DNA of 61,747 bases, filler included, from Pirum gemmata (GCA_002812295.1; 21 parts of 21 records of this genome joined end to end with filler, not necessarily neighbours in it), one strand, 5' to 3'. Positions 36,192-49,219 are shown, counted from the whole stretch's first letter. Notes: generated by a model from the sequence alone, not told the origin. Made by a program: numbers and translations.

Positions 36192-38072
36192 CTATTTGAA
36201 TCAATAGTGATATAAATATGAGCGTAAAATTTTTTGAGTGTAACGATTAACTAACAATAAATGGTAAATGAATTGAACTTGGTCATAATACAAAGTGGTA
36301 ACCATGACAAGAAAAAAGAACACCAAAAACCCCTCAGTTAAGACTTTGGATCTTAATACTCTGTTTAAACACAACATGCACGGTAATGAGATTTAGTCAC
36401 GATTTAGTATTTTTTAAAAACAATACTAAAACTTTAGTACCAATTACTTCTTATTCACACTAATCATATCATGACATTCGAATGGGAGACAGACATGTAC
36501 AGTGACAATATTATATACATAAAAACTATTGTTGCATCCAAAACTTCGATTTAATAACAAGATAGTACTGGGATTAAATCATGATTAAGCACATTTTAAA
36601 AATGATCCTAAAACATTTATCACCATTACCTTGCATTCACATTCATAATACCATGAACATTCGAATGGCGGACAGACACGTAAAAAGACAACATTACATA
36701 TATTAAGGTTACTGTAGGATTCAAAATTTCTTTTTGTCCACTATTACACCTAGGAACCGTACTCAAGTAAATATGAATCCATAACTAAACTAATGTGCAT
36801 TACTTCTATCTACAGTCAATTACAATATACTATGCCAGAAATGATTATACTTAAAATACGATACTTAGTGCCATATTTAGTATCAATATTTAGTGACAGA
36901 ATAGCGATATAATATTATTCTACTATTTACCAAAATATTTTTTTGTTTGATCGACATATAATTATTAGAACTCCGGTTCATACAGCACTAAACTAAAAAC
37001 TTCATTGGAAGTTTAAAAATAGTTTATAAACACGACATAAAAAAACCATTATAGATAAATAACAATCAGAAAGTAGAACTAATTTTGTTTAAATATTACT
37101 TGGGGTAACCACGAATGGAATATAAAGTTTGACCAAGATTTATTGTTTGTAACAGAAACCACAAAAAGACACTAATAACATATGTTTTACAAAATGGAAT
37201 TCGTTGGGGTTAATTAAAAAGTTACATACCTCAAATCCACGAGAAGACGCTTTTCAATTTCCAGTAAAGATTTTTAATAAATATAAATATGTAAGTCAAT
37301 AGAAGAATAGAAAAAAAACATATACACAAAAGGGTTAAAATAACAACAGGAAAAATTCATTAAATATCCAGCATATAAAAAAGAAGTGCTGTGAAGCAAT
37401 TAGTTCCTGTTTCAAAATGACATACTTAAATGTTTTTGTATTAATGCTAATGCTATATCAAATATTACTACTACTGCTGCTACTACTACTGCTGCTACTA
37501 CTACCACTACTACTGTCGTTGTAACAATCACTAAGTAGGTAGCTAATGCTATGTCAAAATATGTCGTTAACGATAATTATTAAGTGACTGTGTTAACAAC
37601 TCAATATTAATAACATTTTTTATAATTCCTATCCTACCTCAATCTTACTGTTGTGAAATACCAAACTATAAGATAATTAATTGTCTATATGGATAAAAAA
37701 GATAGAAGTAAAGGAAAGAAAGAGTAGTGTGTAATTCATGATTGCAAAAACTAAATATGTATGTGTGTTTATGTATGGGTGTGTTAGCTAGAGAACGTTA
37801 AAAATACTTGTATGAGAAAAGCCTGAAGCAGGCTGATTCTGAGTTTCGTCTTTCACTTCTTTTTTCCCTTTCAATTTGGCTGGATTTTTATAGACAAAAA
37901 AAATATGAAGAAAAGGTAAAAAATCCCGTTAACAAACATTTAAATTAACAACTGATTTGAAAGTTGTGTCAACAAAAAACATAAAGACAAGCAAATGAAA
38001 TACATATACGAATGTGCTGGTGTACAAATTACTAATTAAGTCAATAGGAGCAGAGTTGATAATAACAATAAC

Positions 38073-38105
<33 letters not shown>

Positions 38106-38928
38106 NNNNNNNNNNNNNNNNNNNNNNNNNNNNNNNNNNNNNNNNNNNNTTAATTAATTAANNNNNNNNNNNNNNNNNNNNNNNNNNNNNNNNNNNNNNN
38201 NNNNNATTTTTGTTGTTATTGTTATTGTAATTGTAATTGAAATTGTTACTGTTATTGTAATTGTTTTATTAATGTTATTTTTGTTGTTATTGTTATTGTT
38301 ATTGTAATTGTTATTGTAATTGTAATTGTAATTATTATTGTTATTATTACAATTACAATAACAATTACAATAACAATAACAATAACAACAAAAATAACAT
38401 TAAAACAATTACAATGACAGTAACAATTTCAATTACAATTACAATAACAATAACAACAAAAATAACATTAAAAAACAATAATAATAACAGTAACAATTTC
38501 AATTACAATAACAATAACAACAAGAATTACAATAACAAAATTTTATGATCGAATAAATGATTACTTTGTTAAATTAAAAAGATTTTTTAAACATATATAT
38601 ATAGTAACACAATTAAATAATTGATGATCAATAAAATAACAATAACAATGATAAGTTGTTAATAAGATAAAAAATAATGATTGAAAATATAATAATTATT
38701 AAAAAANCAATAATAATAACAGTAACAATTTCAATTACAATAACAATAACAACAAGAATTACAATAACAAAAACAATAACAATAACAACAACATTAACAA
38801 TAACAATAACCGCCGCCCCCCCCCCTCTTTCCCTCTTCCCCACTATTTGCATCACTAAATTAGTTTGCAATCTTAGTAAATAACTAACCCTAACCCTTTT
38901 AACCTTAACTCTAATAAGAAAAATAATA

Positions 38929-38964
<36 letters not shown>

Positions 38965-39035
38965 TGTAATAAATATTATTTATATATAATGTGACTTTTT
39001 TAATTATATCATATAATAATAAATAACCATAAATT

Positions 39036-40921
39036 TTAATTACAAGCACACAAACGCTGAATCGTTGTACTGGCTATCACTTGATTGCATCCTTGTGTTT
39101 TATACGGGCTGTATAATCCGTAATTTACTCCTTGAGATGTATATAAAACACAGCCAATTTTTGCCTGAATTTGACTTTTACCAACCCAGGAAACGCCTTC
39201 AGTAATAACTGAATTCAAACCTGCCTGACATGGTGAAAACCCAATTAAGGCATCTGTTGCAGTTTGATTGCAAGTTTTTTTTAATGAGTTACAATGTGAT
39301 GTACAACTTTCCCTAATTGCTGCCAAAGATACCACTGCGTCAAGAGGATTAATAGAGTTTTGCTGTAATACGTTTTATATATATATTATATATAATATTG
39401 ATATAATGGTTAGCTATAGGGTTAGGGTTATATATATGTGTGTATGTGTTAGTAACTATCAAACAAGAAAATATAAATAACGAAACAACAAGAACTTTAT
39501 ATATTTTATATACCTTTAAACCCATTTGTGGTAGAATGTCAAGTAATATATAATCAGGAACTGTGAAATAATGTCCTTGACCTTCTACTGCATACATTGT
39601 AATGGGTGTTTCCTGGCTTGAACAATAAAAATGCACTGTTGTTATTGTGTTACTAATTTTTTTTTTAACATTAGTCTGTAAACAATTGTTTAAAGAAGCA
39701 TATTGTTCTAATGTACCGACTTGCTTTGAATAAGGAACCGTTGTGTCTGCTGTGCCTTGAATTCCCCAAATTTTTAAACCTTTGCGTCTAATGCATTTTT
39801 ACATAATTAATAAGTAATTAATATTATATTATATTTATATTTATATTTATATTTATACATAAGTAGTCAAAATTACTAAATATTATCAATATAATAATTA
39901 TATGGAACCAGATTTGGGTCTTTCGGAACTTTTTCTATTATATATAGTTACTATAATCCTACTATCATACAAGTACAAATGTATATATTTATATTTATAT
40001 TTATACATAAGTAGTCAAATATATGTAGATTTTTAGTACGATTAATTAATAAGGCAAAAAAAAATAAAAAAAAAAAAAAAAAAAAACTTGATGTATCCAG
40101 TATTTGGCTCATATCCTGCTAACGGAATGCCTGCCTGTGTAGTTTTTGACGTTCTCAATACCATATATGCATAAACACCACCTTTTAAAATGGATGTTAT
40201 ATATATATATATATTAATATAATATAATATTATATAAAATAGTGAAAAGGAACACGATATTATAATATATATATAAAGCAAAAAAATGGTTATTTTCGGG
40301 AAAATAACTATTTTTTTGCTATATCTATAATATTATATAGTCGAAATTCGATTATTTTTTTAAAAGATAATGATAAGCACATCAAATACCAGCACTATAT
40401 CCCGTAATAAAAATACAACCAGATTTAACATTGTACTGTTGGCTAACACTGGCTACAAATTCATCATGCAAACCAGTGTTTTGATAAGCCCACTGTATTG
40501 AACTTTGCGCAGATCCAAACATGAAATTGTAATCGTCAACAAAGTTTTGCCATGGTAGGTTCATCTGAAATTTTAAAATTTTAAAATTGTATTATGATTA
40601 AGGACCATTAGGGTTAGGGTTGGAGAACTGTTGGAGTTATCAGGGTTAGGTGTTGGTGTTAAGGTTGGATTTAGGTTTATATCAAATACATAATATTATA
40701 ACATTTATATATTATAGACGTTAATTGGATTATTTACATTCTTAAATAGATGAAATACTATTTAAGAATGTAAATAATACAATTAACGTCTATATATATA
40801 TATATATATACCATTAAAGCATCAATAGAACCATTTGTACCGTGATATCCGATCACTAAACAAGTACTAGCTGAATTAGTATTTTTATAACTATCCGGTA
40901 TCCATAATCTAAAGGGAAATC
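39036..40921 (-). CDS. Alpha/beta-hydrolase serine esterase (PHB-depolymerase/feruloyl-esterase-like) with Cys-rich C-terminal domain; exons 40921-40812, 40564-40390, 40181-40088, 39787-39514, 39362-39036; 5' incomplete
   Basis: All junctions GT-AG and phase-compatible; motifs LVIGYHG, GYSAGG (Ser), GTADTTVP (Asp), GQGH (His). Confidence 0.88.
40713..40794. other. Intronic 82-nt near-perfect hairpin (37-bp arms, 1 mismatch, 8-nt loop)
   Basis: TATAGACGTTAATTGGATTATTTACATTCTTAAATAG / CTATTTAAGAATGTAAATAATACAATTAACGTCTATA. Confidence 0.93.
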
Positions 40922-41125
40922 CTTTGTATATGTATTATGTATATTTTATATTTTTTTTAAAAAAAAAAACATTAATATTAGATATATATTGTAATATNNN
41001 NNNNNNNNNNNNNNNNNNNNNNNNNNNNNNNNNNNNNNNNNTTAATTAATTAANNNNNNNNNNNNNNNNNNNNNNNNNNNNNNNNNNNNNNNNNNNNTAT
41101 TATTATTATTATTATTATTATGTAG

Positions 41126-41319
41126 GTAAATCAAGATTAGACGGCCGATCAAAGCAATTCCACCGCGATATTAAATCTTTAGTTCAAAATCGGGAAAAAT
41201 CCGCTGAATATTTAGTAGACAACTTTATGGATATAACTTATGTTAGGTCTGAAAACCGACGCATAATATTAGACACACTAACGAAGGAATCAAATCGTAA
41301 ACTTGGAATCAAATCGTAA
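41126..41319 (+). CDS. Probable terminal exon of an unknown gene
   Basis: TAG acceptor after (TTA)n; open frame KSRLDGRSKQFHRDIKSLVQNREKSAEYLVDNFMDITYVRSENRRIILDTLTKESNRKLGIKS*. Confidence 0.55.
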
Positions 41320-41338
41320 ACTTAAAAAAGCCAAATAA

Positions 41339-41494
41339 GGAGTCATCCATAAAGGACGTCACCTAATCTTACCTATGCCCCTTTGTCCAAAACACTTTTG
41401 GTCATAATTTTAAAGTTCATTTTAATAATTAAAGTCACACTTTCGAGAAATGACTTCTATCAAAGAATAAGTGACGTCCTTTATGAACGTTCCC
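41339..41494 (-). mobile_element. PIF/Harbinger MITE family D, intact with TAA TSD
   Basis: 24-bp imperfect TIR GGAGTCATCCATAAAGGACGTCAC...GTGACGTCCTTTATGAACGTTCCC, TAA on both flanks. Confidence 0.88.
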
Positions 41495-41584
41495 TAATGT
41501 TCTATTTAAAAAATGCAGTAGGGAAATCACCACTTTAATATTAATCGATTACATACCTCCTGACCAACAATATAATAATTATCA

Positions 41585-41884
41585 TATAGACCACTAATCT
41601 CTATCCTGTTAGTTCTGGACTTAGTAGCTGTTAGTTTTAAGCCTTTAAACTAACAAAAGAGACCTTCAGATGGGCTTTTAGTAATTAGCCTATTGGTCGC
41701 CCTACTAGACCCATCTAAATAGGGTAGTTTAGGTTCTTTATTACCAAATATGTTAGTTTTGGTGCTATTAGAAGGATAGACTAACTACTAATAGCCCATC
41801 TGAAGGCCTCTTTTGTTAGTTTAAAGGCTTAAAACTAACAACTACTAAGTGTAGAACTAACAGAATAGAGATTAGTGGTCTATA
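41585..41884. mobile_element. 300-bp fold-back element with ~108-bp inverted arms
   Basis: TATAGACCACTAATCTCTAT...AGCCTTTAAACTAACAAAAGAG...TTCAGATGGGCT pairs with 41776-41884 with few mismatches. Confidence 0.88.
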
Positions 41885-42980
41885 CATTATTATCGTTATC
41901 ATTAATTTTTAATTAATGTTATCATTGTAATGGGAATCAGTTTAAATTTAATAATTAAAAAACATTTTATTTAACTCTTCTTTAGTAATTATTTATATAA
42001 TATGTATATATTATTGTGGTTGTGTTTTTGGTTGTTGTAGTTGTTGTTGAAGCTGTTTATTTACATTTAATTCGTTAAGGCAATAATTTTCCATGTGGCG
42101 TTTCTTGTAAGAACGAGCTCTAACTAACGTGTTCACATAATAAATCTTCTTTATTAAATAACGTTGTACATGGTTTAGTAATCAAACATTTAGGAATCCT
42201 TATCGTCTATATATATAAATATTACGTTTCGATTTACCTTACCAGCAATCAAGCTGTTGTTCTATTTAATAAAATTCAGTATGGAAATCACTATTTCTAT
42301 TCAATTACATGTCTCCTCCTGGTCCACACTATTATCATTAATTACCATTATCATTATTAGCATTATAATTGATTTTGAATTAAAAACATAAGAATCATGT
42401 CAGTTTAATTAATAATAATAATGTTTCATTCATTATTTCACATTATCGCGTTTCAATTTACCATTACTGGTAATCAACAAGCAATTGTTCTATATAAATT
42501 TTAGTAAGGAAATCACTAGTACTGTTCCAATCGATTACATATATTATATATACCACCTGGTTCACAATATTATCATTATCATTAACAATATCATTACCTT
42601 CGTTATTTTATTTTTTTAAAAAAAGTAGGATTATTTCACCTTCATAGTAACAATAGCAATGAAGATACGGGCGTTTAAAGTCCAGGGACTCGAGTGAGTC
42701 ACCGCCTTTTGGTTCATTTGCCTTTTTTATCGAAAATATCGAATCAAATTCTTAAATAGGCTCGAGCGTTACATGTTTCAAACATTTTCAGAAAAACGAC
42801 AATAATAACACTATACATAATATATAATAATAATAATTACATTATCATGTTTGGATTTCTGTTACCAGGAATATCAATCAAGCTATGATTCTATCATCAT
42901 CATCATCATCATCATCATCAAATTAGAGTGTAGAGTTAGAGTTAGGGTTGCGGTTAGAGTTAGGGTTTTAGGTTTATTTG

Positions 42981-43412
42981 TTAATTATTCATTACATCAC
43001 TATCACGTTTCGATTTATCATACCAAAAACCAAGCTGATGTTCTATTAAGGACAATATATCAATAAAACCGCTATTCCAATCAATTACGCTGGGTGAGCC
43101 TCCCTGTGCAGCAAACTTGGTTACCCACACTTTTTGTTCTCGATGTAAATTTAAAACCAAGCGTGCTTGTTTACTTAGTAAATTATTATTAGGGTTAACA
43201 AACTCGTTCATTCTTTCCAAAAATCGAGCTTTCCAGGCTTTGCTCATTATGTAACCAACCGAGTCGCAAGCGAAAGGGACATTATAAATATTGCCCGGGA
43301 AATAACTAGGGATTGAGCCTAAACAAAGCTCTTCTCTTACTTTAGGATTGTTATCGTAAAAACCAGTTTCATACCAAGCTGGAAGTTCATTACAAATACG
43401 TTTGGTTCGAAT
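42981..43412 (-). CDS. Terminal exon of an unknown protein (143 aa)
   Basis: TAG acceptor at 43414-43413; open frame IRTKRICNELPAWYETGFYDNNPKVREELCLG...VIDWNSGFIDILSLIEHQLGFWYDKSKRDSDVMNN*. Confidence 0.72.
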   Translation of the reverse strand: MRTKRICNELPAWYETGFYDNNPKVREELCLGSIPSYFPGNIYNVPFACDSVGYIMSKAWKARFLERMNEFVNPNNNLLSKQARLVLNLHREQKVWVTKFAAQGGSPSVIDWNSGFIDILSLIEHQLGFWYDKSKRDSDVMNN

Positions 43413-43432
43413 CTAGTTAAATTAATGGTAAC

Positions 43433-43833
43433 GTTAGTGTTAGGGTTCCTAGTTAGGGTTGTTAGGGTTAGGGTTGGGGTTAGGGTTAGGGTTAGGGGTT
43501 GGAGTTAGGGTTGGGGTTAGGGTTAGGGTTGGGGTTGGGGTTAGGGTTAGGGTTGGGGTTAGGGTTAGGGTTAGGGGTTGGAGTTAGGGTTGGGGTTAGG
43601 GTTAGGGTTAGGGTTAGGGTTAGGGTTAGGGTAAGGGTATATTTAGAGTTGCTATCGTAAAAGTCAGTTTCATAGCTGGTAATTTATAAATACGTTTGGT
43701 TTGAATTAAGTTAATTTAATGGTAACGTTAGGGTTAGGGTTCTAGGTTAGGGTTAGGGTTGGGGTTAGGGTAAGGTGAGGGTTAGGGTAAGGTTAAGGTA
43801 AGGGTAAGGATAAGGGTTAAGGTAGGATTAGGG
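43433..43833 (+). repeat. Intronic (TTAGGG/TTGGGG)n arrays
   Basis: Direct reading. Confidence 0.93.
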
Positions 43834-44609
43834 TATATTACGCGAAATAATTATATCATTAATAATAATAATATNNNNNNNNNNNNNNNNNNNNNNNNNN
43901 NNNNNNNNNNNNNNNNNNTTAATTAATTAANNNNNNNNNNNNNNNNNNNNNNNNNNNNNNNNNNNNNNNNNNNNTAATAATAATAATAATAATAAGGATA
44001 ATAATAATAAGGAAAAGGATAATAATAATAAGGAAAAGGATAATAATAATAAGGGTAAGGATAATAATAAGGATAATAATAATATGATAAGATGATGATA
44101 CGATGATGATAAGCTGATAATAAGCTAATGATGATGATGATGATGATGAATAATGAATAATGAATAGTGATGATGATGATGATGATTATATATAAAAAAT
44201 ATTATTTTGATAAAAATAAAAATAACAAGTACTAATAACTATCATTTGTATCATAAGGTACCATAGGCTGGTATATATAAATAAATCTGTATGATAGATT
44301 TTAGGGTGATAGCTGCTGTGATATTATGATACTTGAAAAAGTATTCAAAAATCTTAGAAAATCTTATGAATAATATTTTTTTTCCTCATTTTCCACTTTT
44401 TTAGCTCGCTCGAAAACTCAACTGGCCTGTGACACAAGCGCTAAATACCTTCCATATAAAAATAAATATACCCATTTAATATATAAATAGTCTATTTTAA
44501 GTAATTATACTTGATTAATTCAGCACGAATTCATTGTTTGCACACACTTTTATTGTTCGAAAAGGAAAAAAAAAAAAAGCAGCGAGAAAATTAGACAAGA
44601 AAAAGCAGT

Positions 44610-45520
44610 CGCTAGCTAGTAGCTAGCCAGCCACTCTAGCTAGCTAGCTAGCTAGTCTAGCGAGCTAGTAAACTAACATCAGAAACTAACATAAACTAAC
44701 TCTCTTCTCAGGGTCTCAGGGACCAGTCAGGGTCTCTTCTCTATCAATGCTCTCCACTATTGACTCAAGAGTCTTTTTCTATTATTAGACTATCAGATAC
44801 TACTAGCTAGCTAGCTAGAGCTAGCTAGTTATCATACGATGTCATAAAAATAAAAGCATAAAAAAAAATGATAAAAAATCGGATACTAGTAGTATACTAG
44901 TCTAGCTAGTCGGCCTCTAGCTAGCTAGCTGAGAGTATCTGATAGTTACTTTTCCAGTCTACGTATAGCTATGATAGCTAGCTAGCAGCTAGCTAGGTGA
45001 CTTTTTCTAAGCTAGCTAGCTAGCTAGCTAGTAGGACTTTTTCTAAAGACTCTTTTTGGTCTTTTTCATTTTCTTTTTCGCTTCTTTCTTTTTCTTTAGT
45101 CTAGAAAGTATTTTTCTTATTGACTGGGGGAGCTATGATAGCTAGATTCTAGAAAGTATAGCTTCTCTTAGCACTATCGATATCATAGCTGCTAGATGAT
45201 ATCGTAGTCTATAGCTCTACTAGCTAGCTAGCTAGAGCTATCGATAGCTATATTTTCGATGGTAGTCTATTGATATGATATCTGATATCATATTATATTG
45301 ATATGATATCTGATATCATGATATCATAAGTTCATAACTATATCCTAGTAACTATATCATAGTTAGTTTATCGATATCGTATCGATACTATCATTATTAC
45401 CTGTCTACTATCGTACTAGCTAGTAGCTAGCTAGTAGTACTATAGTATGATAGCTAGCTGAGCCTATCCCTGCTGGTCAATGGTCATCCCTAGCTAGCTA
45501 GCTAGTAGCTAGCTAGATCC
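44610..45520. repeat. CTAG/TAGC- and GATATC-rich self-complementary low-complexity tract
   Basis: Many (TAGC)n runs plus short duplications. Confidence 0.85.
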
Positions 45521-46137
45521 TGTGGTAGATAGCCTGGAGAAGCTTGAAACTCTTTCTGGAAACCACATCGAATCGAGACTAGTTCGAAACTTTCAAAATT
45601 TTCGATCTGTAGTATTGACAGTGTATTGATTGACTCACTTTTGAGTTGACAAAACAAGGAGTCTAACAAGGAGTTAAAAAAAAAAAACTTTTTTCCTTGC
45701 ACTAAAGAAATTTTTAATAGCAGCATAAGTGATATTTTCGATCAACAATTCGAATGTATTTCGAAAAATTCTATTATCACGAGCCCGAGATCAATATTTT
45801 TTATTTATATGATAATAATAAATAAATAGACCTCAATAAATAAGCTACCAGCTAGCTATCATAGCGAGAGAAACCAAAACAGAGAAGACCTGGATTATCT
45901 ATACTAGATTATTTATATAGTACAAACAAAATCGTTTACTGGGGTATAATTATATCATAATTTATAATATTATCCAAGGACTTCAAAAAAAAACTTTGAA
46001 TGAAGTCACTATGAAGTCCTTGTATTATCATAATTATTCTGATATAATATTATTATTATGATACGAAATCACAGTTTTTTTGACTCTCTGAAATCACCAC
46101 GAAATCGCTATCATATTTGATAAAAATGTTCACACAT

Positions 46138-46202
<65 letters not shown>

Positions 46203-46893
46203 TGAAAAAAAGCTGGAAAAAATACGAATTTTTTCTAGCGAATTTTTTTAATAAATACTATTCGAAGTCTTTTCGAGCTGATTTTTCGAGCAAAAAAAGC
46301 AAAAAAGCAAAAAAAAAGCAAAAAAAAACCCTAAAAAAGGAGAAAAAGCACCTGAAAAAAGCTGAAAAAAGCACTGAAAAAAAGCAATCACACAGTAATC
46401 ACACTCAGTACCTACTAGTAGCTAATAAATTTACGTCATTTTTTTAAATGTTGACGTAACAACTAATTTTTAAATTGTACCCCAAGTCCCCAACACAAAA
46501 TTTTTAAGTCTTAGATTTTATTAGTCCAATGAGGGGGAAACAAACAAGGGGGAACAAAACTAGACTAAAACTAGACTGCAAAAATTTAACTTTAAGCCAC
46601 CATTTGTTTGAAAAAAGCTCAAAAAATTAACTTTTTTATTTAATAATTTTCATTTGCCAAACGCAAACTTTAATAGGAGAAGAAAGGGGAGAGAAGAAAG
46701 GGGAGGGGGGGATTATTATCATTATTATCATTATTATCATTATNNNNNNNNNNNNNNNNNNNNNNNNNNNNNNNNNNNNNNNNNNNNTTAATTAATTAAN
46801 NNNNNNNNNNNNNNNNNNNNNNNNNNNNNNNNNNNNNNNNNNNATAATAATAATAATAATAAATAATAAATAATAATAATAAATATATAACAG

Positions 46894-47748
46894 GTACTTA
46901 CGATATTAACTTTGGCTACTACAATGTTCCTGATGTAGTTACCTACAAAAACATTAAAAACATTGGCCCCATCGGATACACCGAATTACAAGGCTTTTAT
47001 GTACCGCAATATATGATAGAAGCAGCACCTGAGCTAGCCTCTTATCGTGGTTTCCAACGTGTGTACGACAACACAAATTTATTTTGCCCTACTACTAATT
47101 ATTCTTTACCACAAACAACTTTCCAAACTAAAGTCAGCGCCGAATTAAACGATGTTACTTGCGAACAAGATCCTACCGCTTGTTTAACCAAAGTGAAGGC
47201 TAACTTAAACGTTGAACAATGTAAATTACAGCATATTAGTGGGCCAGAAACCTATCTGTGGAGTGTAGATGGGGATATTCGCAAGAATTTGGATTTTGAT
47301 AATTTTTCTTATGTAAATTATACTGGTGATGTTAATAGTGCTGGGCACTTATTATCACAGGCAATATTAGAAAAAACACAACAGTACCGACCGTTTTTGG
47401 TGGGGTATTATGATCCATCAGGTACTTTATCTAGTAAAGCCAATTTCGATTTGGTTCGAGTTGCTTTGCCTGAATTCAGTCCTGAGTGTGCTGAACATTA
47501 TTTTTATGATAATAAGTTTGCTTGTGATTATAAAAGAGAGGATATGGTTAAGATTGTAAGTCAGAGTTTAGAGAAACGATTACCTTATGTATATCGATTT
47601 TTAACTCGCTTTTCTATTTCTAGCACTGATAATGTAAGGGATATGTTGTATGATTTTGAATTTAACGGAAAGAATTATAGTGAGATTGCTTGTGAATTTG
47701 CGAAGGGTGACGTGGTTGTTGCAGAGGCTTTTATTCCTAGTCCTGGTA

Positions 47749-47830
<82 letters not shown>

Positions 47831-49219
47831 CTTATAGGTAAATTCAAGTATGATCATTATTATACCTTTTCTTATAATATAAATATGAATATTAACATAT
47901 TATTTATATATATATTGTCATCATCATTATTATTAGATATACTAATAGAAGAAAAACGACCTTTAGCTTCTCGTATAGTAATAACTACTTTAGCTTGTTT
48001 AGGGTTTCTTTTCACTATTATCAATGTTATTGGTGTGGTAATTTGGCGAAAGAATTCAAATATAAAATCAGGAGCCTTTTGGTTTTTACTTTTTATTTGT
48101 TTATCTGCACTGGTTAGTTATTTCTGGATTATTATTTTAGTATTAGATTATACTGATGCAACTTGTTTAGCCGCAAACTGGTTGGAATATTTAGGATTTT
48201 TCGGACTAACCACTGCCTTAATTTTCAAAACCGCACGTATTCTTATTCTTTTTAGCTTAGTAAAACCATCCAGAAAACAAAAACAAGCAGTAAAACATTT
48301 AGGAGATTCCTATATTCTGTGTTATTATTTTGGTATTATGACTGTGTTTTTTGTATTGTTATCGATATGGACTGGTGTGTCGCCAATGTACAGAGCAATA
48401 AAAGTTACAAGTACAGAAGATAATAACGACCAGATTACCACCATTTTTCAATATCAGTGCCAAACTAACGAGGAATTGTTTAATATCATCCTTGTAGGGT
48501 TACAATATCTTCTTGTAGTTATAGGTGTGGGATTGGCTTTTGGTGTGAGAAATACACCATCAGCTTTTAACGAAAGTAAACTATTGGGTGCTGCGATGTA
48601 TAATACGTTTATGTGCTTGTTAGTAAAAAGTATTATTACCTATTTATTGGATAATCAAAATCAAAACACCACTTACCTTATCACTGCCGTTTTTTCATTA
48701 GTTAGTATAACACTAACGTTGGTTTTGATTGTAAGTACAAAATTATATTATTGTTATAAGAATTTGGAACCCGATTTTTCTGGTATGTATAAATCTTCCA
48801 GCCAAAACCGTTCGAAGACAACAAAAAGTACATGTAATACTCGTAAAACCATGCACTCCTACACCTCACAAGACAAAACTCAAGGTAAAACTATTGCAAG
48901 TACTAGTAATATCGCGAAATGTCAAAATCTTGTTATAAATTCGATGTCGAATGTTAATAATAATAATAATAATGTTAATGTTAGCAAAGTAAATAATGCT
49001 TTGGGTGAAGGTTCGTCGTCAACGTTGTGTATCATTGTGGAAAATGGTGAAAGTGTAGTTGATCACCCAGAACTTATTTTGCAGGAGGATTTGGTTTCCG
49101 ACCAGCTGCATGTTTATGATGGAAGTGAAAACAGTACTAGTAGTGAGGAAATAAAAGCGAGCAACGTATATATATATGATGGGAGTGAGGAAATCGAAGA
49201 GAACAACGAGTACGTTTAA
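46894..49219 (+). CDS. Class C (7tm_3, GABA-B-like) GPCR with OpuAC/ProX-type periplasmic-binding ectodomain; exons 46894-47745 and 47937-49219; 5' incomplete
   Basis: Phase-1 GT-AG intron joins the two ORFs; seven hydrophobic segments with LIFKTARI and LAFGVRNTPSAFNESKLLG motifs; ectodomain GPIGY...QGFYVPQYMIEAAPEL and LVRVALP...CDY...KIVS motifs. Confidence 0.88.
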
